Assembly (NCBI GenBank): GCA_043228905.1
Contig: JBHGNT010000233.1
Coordinates: 1-47,267 of the forward strand
Direction of reading: 5' to 3'
DNA from: Azolla caroliniana
Taxonomy: Eukaryota; Plantae; Polypodiophyta
DNA length: 47,267 bases
Part shown: one piece after another, positions 1 to 12,400 of the stretch
Layout of the letters: each line of letters opens with the position of its first letter
Numbering within the stretch: position 1 is the stretch's first letter
Position numbers and translations under genes: made by a program
Notes under the pieces: model-generated
The model's database searches: none
What the model was told of the DNA's origin: nothing
What the model saw: only the letters and a program-made list of their open reading frames with translations

Positions 1-23
1 AAAATTGTTGCACGGTTGAGGGA

Positions 24-2563
24 TCATAACCCTTGCCTAAGACATTGAATAGCCCCCTCAGCCGTTTGTGATTTTGACACCCATTCCTCCATTTGTGATG
101 TTATAAGGTTTGTCTCCTCGACCAGTTCTACCTCTATCTCCACTTCCATCTCTGTGAAATGGTCATTGCGCATATGGGTTGCATGAGCTATAAAGGGCAA
201 TGACCCACATAGATGTGGCATGTGCCTCTCAATAATCATCCTGATGCCGAGTATATGCTTACATTTACTCGTAGGGTCTTGGCAATCACAATATGAGCAT
301 TGGAGCGATACATTATACCATACATTCGGTTTTGTCAAGCTCAATATTTTAAACCAATATTGGGGCTCGTCCACAATATGCATCGTTGCATCATTAGTTT
401 GATACCTCTCTAGTAGCCTCACTGCCTCTTTAAGTCTTGTTGTATGATCCCTACAATTTGCACGGGGTGCAAATCTACCACTCTCACATATTTCTTGTCG
501 TTGCTTGTACCATTCAATAACAGTACCCTGATGCAAGTGCCAGTTTGACTGTCCCCAATTAAAACATGCACAAGATTGGTAATTGATCGGTTTATCCTCC
601 CTCTCAAGGCAGTATATTTGATAAACTGCCAATGTCTCTCCCACAAGATTGGTAGTGTGAACATGTCCGTAGTTGAAAATTCTACCAAATTTGGACCACA
701 GTTTCCTCCACACATATGTCAAGCCACACCATCCTCCTTCTATATATTGCCAAACACTTGGCTTTTTTGCATATTCTACCTTTAACTCCTCACATTGGGC
801 ATTGAATGTGGATTCCGTAATGCATTGCATGAGTTGGCACATCCGATTATAAAGATGGTTTCTCTCAGTTGTACTTACCTTTGGCAACAAGTTGTCCAGC
901 CATGTTTTTTTTGCATGGAACTGACACAACAAAAGTCAACAATGTGTTTGTGACCTTTGCCCATTTGTAACTATCCAAGATAATCGGTCTGTCGCAACCA
1001 CATTACTTATGGCATTATATGATGTCCAACTTTTATCGATGACTATGGCATTTGGCCTCACATTGGGCATCCGTGCAAATATGACTCTCAAGCAAGTTTC
1101 TATAGCTACTTGCTCATGGTTAGACCCCTTATTAGAACTACATATCATGTACCATAATGGGGTACCAACTCCCACGGCATTTGGGGCCATAGCTACATAT
1201 AATGGCAAGCCAAATTGGTTTGTTTTAAACGTGGAATCGATTGCCCAAGAGTTGTTTATTGACAATCGCTCACACATCTCTAACATCCATTCATCTTGGA
1301 GCACCAAGATGAACGGTTGCCTTGCGGGAGATCCATATTCACCAGGCAAGTAGGGTTGGACATGAGCCACCTTCCCAAGATCTCGGAGGGCATAGGCATC
1401 TTGCATCATCAAAGAACAATCAACTTCACACATAACACTCCCAATTTTTAACTTTTTGGCCATGTTATGTACCTCCTTTGGTATCATAAAGAACCTATAA
1501 CTCACAAGTTCTAATGAACTAGCCTTGGACTTATGATATGCTTCCTTACGCATGCTCATCCGTGCCACATGTCGTGCGCATCCAACATAAAAAGGTCATC
1601 TCGGCAACAACTTATAACATTTGGGGCCACCGGCAAATAGTACGCATCTAGTCTACTTCCCGGTACATGAGCCGTATGAGGTCCATATATTGAAAGGGTC
1701 ATTGTCCCATGGTCAACCCCGTCATTCATTCAAGCGTTCACATGAAAAGTACACCCACATCGGGATGAATTCTTTCTACGTCGAGTGCATGGATATTGCT
1801 TGTTGGCCACACCGGATCGGTGACAATTATACCTAGTCACATGTGCACCCCTTGTGGCCCATGTATGGAAGCGTGTGTGATACCTCAATTGAACGTCTAT
1901 GAGTGTATCATCAACATTATGGGCCTCTATCTTGATCACTTCTATGGGTCTAGACTTTTTATATTTCACGACACTTGTCCCCTCCATGTCAGATAGAGTT
2001 AACCTTGACACAACTTGACAACCACATCAGTCAACCACTGCTTTCACATACGCACTAGGGATCCCATGGTCACGAAGGTCATTGGACCAAAGTCTCTTTA
2101 ACTCTGTTAGAGTACCCGTCAAAGAACGGTGCGATGCGCCACAATGTGACGCCAGTACTATCTCCCTCCATTCCTCTATGTGCGTAACATGAAGATGAGG
2201 TGATGCCTTAAGGTGTATTGCATTCTCATTTCTAAGCGTGAGACGACTCTTCATGCGCCGCCATGCATGTAAATTAAGAGGTGCACCCCTTGCAATTGTG
2301 TTTAATGTTTCAAACATTACCTTAACTTGATCTGATAAATCTTTAAGCATTAAATCGTACGTAACTCTTGTGAACGCAAAATACCTCGCCGAACAGTACA
2401 TGAAGGGATCAACCTCCTCCGCCTCTTCTTCGGATGAAGCCGACTCATAGTCTTCGGATGCAGACGAATCCAAGTCTTCGTCAATGGTTGCGGAGTATGG
2501 TGATGCATAACCATCCTCAGAATCATACAAGGACGTGATGAAATCTACTTCATTTGGATTCAT
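24..2563 (-). pseudogene. Degenerate Mutator-like (MULE) transposase: N-terminal H2C2-like Zn finger, WRKY/GCM1-type Zn finger, MULE DDE domain, SWIM finger
   Basis: ORFs 2027-2563, 1730-2011, 936-1568, 419-715 and 24-932 join into one protein if in-frame TGA stops (2027-2029, 1730-1732, 936-938) are read through and frameshifts near ~1590, ~640 and ~525 are allowed. Motifs: SSRCGCTF...HTAH, WAIDSTFKTNQFGLPLY, RPNAIVIDKS, LCQFHAKKTW, TTNL(V)ERHW, CDCQD...KCKHI (SWIM). Confidence 0.9.
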
Positions 2564-2635
2564 CTCGATAACTTCTAATTCTTGTAGTGATTAGTCAGAG
2601 GTAATTAAAGACAGAGAGTATGATGAAGTGAATTT

Positions 2636-2859
2636 GATTAAGACAAAGAATGTGATTAATTGAACCTGATTAAGTCAAACAATGTGATTAATCGAACTTG
2701 ATTAAGACAGAGAATGTGATTAATTAAACTTGATTAAGACAGAGAATGTGATTAATTGAACTTGATTAAGACAGAGAATGTGATTAATTGAACTTGATTA
2801 AGACAGAGAATGTGATTAATTGAACTTGACTAAGACAGAGAATGTGATTAATTGAATCT
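2636..2859. repeat. Tandem array of ~7 x 32-bp units (GATTAAGACAGAGAATGTGATTAATTGAACTT)
   Basis: Unit starts at 2636, 2668, 2700, 2732, 2764, 2796 and 2828; lies just upstream of the MULE transposase start; no unique spacers. Confidence 0.95.
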
Positions 2860-2990
2860 GATGTTAAGAGGTAATTAATTGGAGATGGAATCAGGTTTGA
2901 TTAAAATGACGGTGAAGGGTTTAATGTGACTTAAAATGTGATTAATTTAAATGTTAATATGACCATTTTTTTGGCCGAATGTGATTAACA

Positions 2991-3408
2991 GGTTGGGCGA
3001 CCTGGCTTATGGTTGGGTGACCATATTAAAAGAGGTTGGGCGACCTGGATTCTGATCACGAGCTGTTTTTTAAAATAGTTGGGTGACCTAGTTTAGGATA
3101 GAGAATGATTTTTAATAGGCTTGGGCGACCTTCTTTAACACCATCAATGTTTTTTACGAGGGTTGGGTGACCTGGTAAATATAGGTTGGGTGACCGTATT
3201 AAAAGAGGTTGGGCGACCTGGATCCTAATCGCGAGCTGTTTTGTAAAACAGTTGGGTGACCTGGTTTAGGACAGAGAATGATTTTTAACAGGTTTGGGCG
3301 ACCTTCTTTATTACCATCGATGTTTTCTACGAGGATTGGGTGACTTGGTAAATATAGGTTGGGTGACCTGCTTTATTACCATTGATGTTTTTTACAAGGG
3401 TTGGGCAA
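2991..3408. repeat. GGTTGGGYGACC motif array including a 173-bp tandem duplication (3011-3183 / 3184-3356); probable transposon subterminal repeats
   Basis: More than ten copies of GGTTGGG(C/T)GACC on +; the two 173-bp units align with scattered substitutions. Confidence 0.85.
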
Positions 3409-3414
3409 TTGATT

Positions 3415-3612
3415 GGTTTAAAACCGCAAATCAATTCGTTTACATTTGAAATTGGTTTAAAACAACAAACCAACTTGAGATTGATTTACACTTGAGATTG
3501 GTTTAAAACATCAAATCAATTGGAGATCACAACTTGAGGTTGTTTTAAAACAACAAATCAACTTTAGATCACAACTTGAGATTGGTTTAAAACAACAAAT
3601 CAACTTGAGATA
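3415..3612. repeat. Degenerate ~40-bp tandem repeat (GGTTTAAAACAACAAATCAACTTGAGA...)
   Basis: About five recurrences of GGTTTAAAAC(A)ACAAATCAA. Confidence 0.75.
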
Positions 3613-5101
3613 AACACTCATTTCCAACAACTTTTCCATTAATAAGTACTCGCGATATACAATGAGTCGATTCTCGCTATACAAAATTTGTGTGGATTCC
3701 AAAATATAGAGTTGTACCTCAAAACAACCTTAACCTTCAGCTTCTGGATATATGTTTGCCGATTTCTATTGTACTTGATTTCGGGGTCCATGAATCTTCT
3801 GAGTGATCTCTGCCGCTCATAGCTATTAGAGCATGCCCCCGGAGTACCCGCCTCCTCCTCTATACACATCCCTCGTGATAGGACTATGTCTATTGAATAC
3901 ACAAAGTGTATCACGGGGATGCAAGCTCTGGTGTGAAGCGCACGTTCTAGAACTGGTTAAGAGTTTTCCCCCCTCATTCCGGCACTTAAGTTAACCACTG
4001 GCCTTCCCACTTCACGATTTCTTGGTTATGACCGTTGGTCTTCCCACATCATGATTTCTTGGTTACAATAACCAACATCAAATGTATCATAACCAGTTTT
4101 AAAATAACTTTCAGGTCATCATGGTTAAAGTGCATTTTTTCTTGAGTCAATATCACGCAGTGATTTAGGTTTGAAGAGTGCAAACCGGTTCAAGACAAAG
4201 GAGAACCATTTGATGCCCTCTTGTGTCAATATGCAACACTAGACCTCACATACAATATGCAACTTCGTTTTCTCTTTTGCTTTGTCTTGCTGTGTGGGTT
4301 AAGTCTAGAATCCCTACATTCTCAACACCCCATCATTTATGTCTCCACAGTAACCAACAAAATGGTGATCGGATGTTGTAGGGCCAATTCTATGGCTACT
4401 GCTTATGCATTTCCCCCCAGTTACTACAATAACTAGTTTCCCAACCGTCCTACCCTTAACCCACTAAAATTAGCTATAGATGTGGTCCTTAAGATTATGC
4501 TTCTAACATTGGAGCCTACTTTTTGTAAGTACACTCTCTTCTCTCTCTACTCGAGGAAAGATCTAGTGTTTGTGAAACAAGCAAGGATATTTTTCAGGTA
4601 TCTATTACCTCATATGAACCTAACCTTTTACTCCAAGACTAGAAGGCTTGGACCAACATTAATTGATAATTGAAGTTAAATGACACAATAAACTCACCAA
4701 CAATGTCGGAATGGCTGACAAAAATAGAGCACTGACTGCAACTCCTGTCTGTGCAAATATTTCAAGTCAATATTTATATTAGAAAGCAAGCATTGGAGGT
4801 TTCTAAAATGCACTTGAAAAAATACATTATTTCAAATTTTAAATACTTATGTAACAAGTAATCCAAATTATATGACTAATTATCCTCTTCTCATAAATAC
4901 ACCGCTTGTCTTTTGAGCTCAAAATTTCACGAGGTCTCTTTCTTTCATGTAGGGGCTTATATAGACATAGTTTGCCAGTCAAATTTAACTAATTATCGTA
5001 ACATAACCAAACAACAAATTTTTCTTGTCCTTGATCATAACATGTTAGCTACATTGTGATGCATAAGTCTCTCTGTCCAGTAGAACCTTTTGATATATTC
5101 T

Positions 5102-5102
<1 letters not shown>

Positions 5103-5142
<40 letters not shown>
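5103..5142. repeat. (CT)n microsatellite
   Basis: Directly visible. Confidence 0.95.
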
Positions 5143-5146
<4 letters not shown>

Positions 5147-7028
5147 CACACCATGTTTGTAATATAGGGTCCCAATGAGAATCTACCTCATTAGTTCCTT
5201 ATATCTCATTCTTCAACATAAAAATTATGTCAACCTCATCTTTGACATAAAAATCTCCCTCTATCTCATCTTTCTTTTGACATGTAGACCATGTTTGTGG
5301 TATAGGGCACCACTGAGAATCAACCCTCACAACCGAGATGTGGTCCTTGTTGACCACTAAGCCCGACGAAATGCACCTCATGGACCATTTCATCATGAAG
5401 AAAGGCATGTGAGAAAGAGTTGTCAAAGTACAACTGCTATGGCACAACCAAGAGGAATGCTCTAATTATGATTGTAGTAGTATACCTCAACCCACGACCT
5501 CACAATTTATTCACAGTTGGCCTCGTCTGTATAAAATTAGACCTGGAAATAAGATCAGCCTTGTTAAAACACCATGCATAGGATGAGGATAGTAAACTAA
5601 GGATTGTTCCACCCTTGTTTACAGTAATAAAGTAACAACACTATTGTATTGTAGCATATAAGAAAACCCTACTAGGCTTAGATCCTTAAAATTGCATTAT
5701 GCCATAAAAAAACTAGCTTTGGAATCTTTCACAAAACGTTTTGCAAATTATTCTGCTCTCATAGCCAAACACGTCAATCCTCACATAATGTGTGTGGCAA
5801 CACAACCACAAAAGTTGATTCAAAATCTCTTGGACTATCAATCTACTTCCACTTCATGAGAACATGACTCTCATTCCAAACCAGAATGATCATATGCCAT
5901 GAATTAGGATGGCTATCATACATGCCATCTTTTATAGGCCATCCAAACAAATATTTTCTACTCGCATTAATGACTCTTCAAACTGGTGTAGAATCTCATG
6001 TTTGTGGACTTATTAATTGGGTCACAAGAAAGCACAAACATGCACTATGCCTATCATAACAAAATAAGCCTCTTTGAACAATATTTCCCCTCCATCCAAA
6101 TGTCCAGTGATGGGTGAGAAACCAATTTATCTGCTCAAAATTATCAAAGGCTTGGTATTGATATAGAATCCTAGTCTGATTAAATGTGTTTGTCACTGTA
6201 CAAACCATATGCCTGAATTAAGTTGTCAAGGTTGCAAGAGAGCACTATTATCCTTCTAGTATCCAAGTCCAAACAACGTGCTTGAATTTCTCTTTAGAGA
6301 ATCCTGTATGCATGAATGAGTGGGGTAACCTAGATATTTCCATAATATGCTTCAAATTAGTCCTTCACTCATATAAACCTTCACATTATATCATGCTAAA
6401 ATGAGAAGGCCCCCATATCCCAGTACACAATGCGGGAAGTAAATGTATTTGGAATCTTGTCATCTTATCTCGATATTCTCTCTCTACAATATTCTTACAT
6501 CACTCTCACTCTGGTTTATATTCTTTCCTTCAGTGAAATTTTAGCAAATCTTGTCTTATCCATCATAAAACTGGTTTTACATGGGACTGGCATCTTCTAC
6601 GAAGTAGTGGTAGATTTGGATGATCTGAAGAGATAAGAATGAAAATCTAAAGGTAAAAGAGCGTAGATGTTACAAGACCCTTGGACACAACTCTCCATTA
6701 AGCAAATGTAGATGGAAAGTACACAATTACAAATGAACACATACATCAACATGCAAGATTGTCAGCTGCAAATGAGCACATGTAAAAAAATCCCTCAACT
6801 ATTCCAAACCCTAATCCCTCAACAATTCCTACCACATGTAAAAAAAATCAGAAAAAGTGATGTAATAGGGTTTAGAACATACTTGGGAATAGTGATGGAG
6901 GAGATTGATTGCCACTTATGTCAATCGTAGGCCGCTTGACGATAGTTTTCTTTCATGGCAAAAAAACCCTGTCAATCTCGTTTGAAAAAATGAGAGATAA
7001 TGACAGGTTTTAGGCTTTTATAGTCATC

Positions 7029-7268
7029 GGGTGGGCGACCTGCATCTTATATTGAGTTGGTTGGGTGACCAACTCAATATAAACTTACCTGCGGTTGGGC
7101 GACTTGCTTAAACAAGTCACCCAACCGTTTTAAAAATATATGGTTGGGCGACCAACTTAATATAAACTTACCTACGGTTAGGCGATCTCTGGCAGGGTTG
7201 GGCGACCTTTGCAGAACTTTTTTTCTCGCGCGTTCTTCCTTATCGAAATCTGACCTGCACCGTCTGTG
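7029..7268. repeat. Second GGTTGGGYGACC cluster with hairpins; candidate terminus of the MULE-like element
   Basis: Same motif as at 2991-3408. Perfect 15-bp stem 7047-7061 / 7068-7082 (TTATATTGAGTTGGT / ACCAACTCAATATAA) and a second near-perfect stem at ~7092-7127. Confidence 0.65.
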
Positions 7269-7322
7269 GCCGCGATTCCCTCGCCAACCCTCTTTATGAT
7301 TTGATGTAGAATAGACACGTCG

Positions 7323-7363
7323 ATGTATGTATGTATGTATGTATGTATGTATGTATGTATGTA
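7323..7363. repeat. (ATGT)n microsatellite
   Basis: Directly visible, ~10 units. Confidence 0.95.
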
Positions 7364-9123
7364 CATGTGTATGTGTATGCATGGGCGTGTAAGCTAACAT
7401 AACATGAACAATGTCGTTGATTTGCAAAGAGTTTGCCATCGCCTGCAGAGATTGCTCGCCATATACATATGGTAAGGGGTATTGTGAGGGTGATGATGTT
7501 CCAGCAAGATCTTGTTCATGGTTCAACATAAACAGGTATTCATGGCGACGAGGTAGGCAAGTATTGATGGTTACCAGATTGACAGATACCTCCATGCATA
7601 CGGGATAGAAAGATATCCATCGTTACATGGTAGAAAGATACTCATTCTTACAATGATCATGTCGATAACAGGAAGGTATGCGTCGTTACAAGATGGAAAT
7701 TCTTTCACGGTGCAACAGAGAAAGATGGTCATAACAATGAGATAGAAATGGAATTCTTGCTACAATCTAGAAAGATATTCACAATTGCAAAGATCCGTAT
7801 GGACAACATTTAGCATGTACACCTTCTTGGAAGGACTTATCAATGGACGGAAATGTGGTGTTCTTTTCATCGAATTCAAGGTTCTTACATGATTTGGCAT
7901 CAGGTGAGTCTCATGCTTTTTATCTTGATGTGAATAGATTTAGTCACGTTTACCTTATTGTTATTATTTAGAGCAGATTAATAGCAGATTTAATGGAAAT
8001 AGGTTCTTGATATAAGGTGAGCCTCGCATGATTGATCTTGTAATTGGATTGACGATATAGTCACATCGTCTTGATTGTTGTCTCTGTGTTCTTTGTTTGA
8101 TTGTGGATAGCATTAAAGATGATGAAGCTTTCCAGGTTTCAAGTGATCAAGATAACCTCATTTTAAGCATACAATGACTTTTAGAGTTAGGTTGATAATA
8201 TGTCAGGTATCCGAGACATGTTCTCAATACATTGGTGTAACACAAATTTCCCTCGTAGGAGTTGATATATGGAAAGAGAAGGGCATAGAACCTTCCCATT
8301 TCCAGATATCAGTTAGAATTCTGATATAATTATTATACCTTTGGCGTGTATTGCCCTTTCAGTAATAGAAATATTTATAAAGTCATAACTGAATCACTTG
8401 AGCCCTCTAAAAGACGTTAGCTTTCTAGCAATGTAAATTCTTTGGACTGGTTATATGTTTTCTTTGCTGCATGCTCTGCTTTTCCTCATCATTTCTCTCG
8501 TCTTTCCTTAAAGTGTTGTTCAATATATTCTTGAAGAAACCTTGAGAGCATAATCATACAAGGAACCGTAACATTGGGAAGACATCGAGACGTTGATATC
8601 CAATACCTTATTTTTTGTTGGGATCTTGATAGTATGCCAGGTTATTGATGAGTAGTTTGTATGAATCTGGTACATAATGCTGTAATGAGGATTGGAAGGG
8701 AATATTTTAGCAAAGGAAGGCTCTCTAAAGATCATAAAATTGTGAAGCCAGAGAATATTCTTTCCATCTTTTGTATTCATGGACATTCTAATTTCAGCCC
8801 ACTTTTCTTTGAAACCTGATTCCTGGTGGAGCATTGTAGTTCAAATAAGAATCTTCTTAAACCCTGAATCCTCTTAATCATAGAGCTAGTAATTTGACAT
8901 GATTATCATTGACAGGGTTTCAGATCTTATGCTGCCATTCAACTATTCATTTGAGTAGAAAATGCTGTAACATCATATTGTTCAACTCTGCATCATACTA
9001 CAGTGAAATTGCAAGATGTCTTTTCCACTTCAAGAGCATCCAACGTGCTTTATCAGTATCATGTACTACTAGAAGTATATGAATCCAGTTAGCGCTACGT
9101 GAAAATATGTATACTATTTCAAA

Positions 9124-9415
9124 ATGTCCATAACTAACAAGAGATTAAATGGGACTGATTGTCTGATGCTGGGAGAACAAAGTGTTTTGATACTAGAAAA
9201 AGCTATAAAAGTTCTCCTTTCAACTGGTAATACTTCTAGAGTTGAGGTTAATGAGTAACTGGAATGCTTAAACATGTTTGTTTGGGCAAACACGTCTAAC
9301 ATTAAAGTGTTCTTTTGTGATATTCAGATTGTGATGGATTGTTTTTAGTTCATTCTTGTAAAGAAGATATTGTGATTGCGAAGACATGGCTAGAAACTAG
9401 GAATGAGCGTATGAT

Positions 9416-9451
<36 letters not shown>

Positions 9452-12400
9452 CCTCTTTTACAATATTCCTTTAAGGATTAAATGGATGAAAGGTTTGCTC
9501 TCATAGGTTTCTTTGGTCTTTTTGAAGACGTGATCTATGGAGGAACACATCTAACTATCATGCGATCGGGTTGGGGAATCCAAGGAACACTATGTTTGAC
9601 ATTGTATTGTGTCCTATGAAATAACTTGGGAAATACCACCACCTCTTCACACAAGGTTTTGTCCTCTTCTCAAGTTAATGGAATACAAAGAACAATGATG
9701 CTTGGGACTGTTATCTCTAATAACCAAGAGACATAGAGAGAAGTTGTTAAATGAAAACTGGACCAACCTTCTTTAGCAGCATCACTCTCCCTCCCATTCT
9801 GCAGGTCAATCGAGGGCTAATAAAGTAGGTTCTTGACCATGACATTCTAAAGGGGTTATATTATATTGGGCAAAAGTAATTTGTGGTGCAGGTCAGTTAC
9901 ATCCATCTAAACTATGGGTTCATCACCATAATTATTGACAAATCTTTACCTGTTACCAATGGTACTTTTGTCTCTTTAGAGACCTCTCTATCTTGTCAGC
10001 TCATGCTAGAGATCTTTTGAAGACTGAAGTTTCATTCCATCTAAGCTCGTTCATATTCATTCTTAGCTGGCAGGAATATTTGATACCTAAGGCAGCCTTT
10101 CTAATGTACTTATATTTATGTTGACTTATTGCTCTCAAAGATGAGACAATAGTTTCTGATGTAATATCTTGTTCAGTCTCATAGGCCATCTCAGCCTCTT
10201 AAGAAGCATTTGTGTATCTCTTTCTTGCTTTTGTGTGCTTATTGATTCTGCACTTCTTTCAGGTTCATTGAAAGTTACCATATGCCCATATGCCATAGCA
10301 AATATAGTACTTACGCATCTTAAGAAGTTAAATGGGTCTCTGTTTACAAGTTCTCTTTATCAATATTTTATGACAATAGCAGGTACTCCTTTATCTTTTC
10401 ATATCCTATATTACTCTATGAATGTCTGCATGCAATGCCTTTTTGTAAGAAGATTGGAACTTGTCTTTGGTTTTGATGATGTCTATTCTTTATATATATT
10501 GAGACATCAAGGAATAACGAAATTTCTGCTCAACATTTTAAGAAAATGAGAACAAGAAAGCTCATTTAATATTTTATGTGCCATATAATCAAATATCACA
10601 AGATACTCAAATTGAACCTATGCTTACCAATTGAAAATTGCAGAAGTTCTGCATTTGGTAGCAGTGTATGTCTTTCCACAATCCAGATTTGGTTACAACA
10701 CCACACATGACAAAGTCTCACAAAATATATTTGTAGGATAATGAAGTTTGTAACACACAGAACAAATTCAAGAAAAAAGTGGCCTTGGGTTCATGATGCT
10801 GAGAGTGGTGTTTAGGCAACTTGTGAGGGAAACATAGCTAGGTAGACTTGAATAAATATATAACCAAGCTAGCTAGACTTGAAGAATAAATATATAACCT
10901 GTTCTTGGCAAAGAAAGTAAAAGCGCATGGAAGATGGTCAAAGAAAATCTGCATAAGCCCCCCATTGCTTCACATAAGATTTGGTACAACTATGCAGATG
11001 CTCCATATGACAACTGGACAGTACACCCACATTGCCATGTGGCTTTATACTCATTACTCTTCCTATATTCAAATTGCAGATGATGAGTTACTACTTGTAG
11101 CTGCACAAGATCACGATTTTCTTGTCGGCAAGACTGGTAAACACACACATATATCTCTTTAGCAAGAATAAACCACACTAGCTTAGCTAGAGGGGGCACA
11201 CTCTGGTACAACTATGATGCAGATGATTCGTTACAACTTGGAGCTTAGCTAGAGGGGGCAAGTCCATTTACAACCCAAAGGTGTCATCATTGTGCCGTGC
11301 ACAATGACAGTGCCCACCTAGACACCAGCCACAGAAACAAATCAAGGCCATCTGATTGCACTATCCTTGTTTTGGAGAAACTTTTCATCCTGCACCAGAC
11401 TACAATGGATGTCTTTAGAATATGCCAATTCAGTTTTATTGAGCAGATATTGCTCTGAATAACATTTCTTAATGTCAGCTTATAATTTTAATGGTAGACT
11501 GTTAGTAGTCTAATTATTTGATTCGGTGATGTTGTCACAAATGAGCTGATGAAAATGATTAACAAACATTGCACGTTGAAATGCAAATTGTGCCTTCTAC
11601 TGGTGTTTCCCATGCACATTATGTACACATGATTACTAGCTTAATGATTTTTAAAACTTTTCCTCGATCTTCAAGCAATTATTAGCAGATTTGTCTGGCT
11701 TTAACAAGTTTGTGAATTTAATGAATTTGGATGGAGTATTGGACATTTTTCTAAAGAATCTAACTCTCTTAGAGTTGGGATATGCGGAAGCGCAGTGTGT
11801 GTGTGAGAGTGGGGGTGTGAGCAAGAGAAGGAATCAGAGAAAATAACCAGAAATAATAAAATACACATTAGGGGGATGACAACTTATGCGCTGAAGAAAA
11901 AACGACATTAATAAACTAAAGATCATCAACTAAATCCAATGGGCCAAGGGGGTTTTATGTGCAAGTACTCAAGAGACTGCCACATTAAATGTGTTTGGTG
12001 GAATTTAATCAAGATATCCACCCGAGTACGATTTTGTCATAAGAATATCTGATATTCTTTGACCACATTTACACTTGACAACTACACGGATTACAATAAA
12101 GTTGCTCACGCACTTTTTAACACATTATGCTTTTCTTCATAAGCACATGTTCACACGAGTTGAGCTTGATTCTCAACAATTTTCGACTTAGTTTAAAGTA
12201 AAGATGAAGTAATGGAAGAAATTGTAGTTGAGCAAGAGCTTAGGTTGTCTTACTGTTGAGAAAATTGACCTTCATGCTTGTGTTTTTGTTGCTAAGAGTA
12301 ATAATGCCTAGATGAGGGCTAACTCTTGCAAAGTAGGATGTTTGATATGTTTCATAGATAGACTTGGCACTCATGACCAATTTAACACCACACAAGCATT

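Noticed and set aside
936-2029. UGA recoding (selenocysteine or alternative genetic code) in the transposase
   Set aside because: Frameshifts are also present and the host genes end in TGA; CpG decay is the simpler explanation.
2636-2859. 32-bp repeats as a CRISPR array
   Set aside because: Units are contiguous with no unique spacers; eukaryotic context; no cas genes.
7074-7595. 173-aa minus-strand ORF
   Set aside because: Runs through an (ATGT)n microsatellite and a repeat/hairpin cluster; no domain features.
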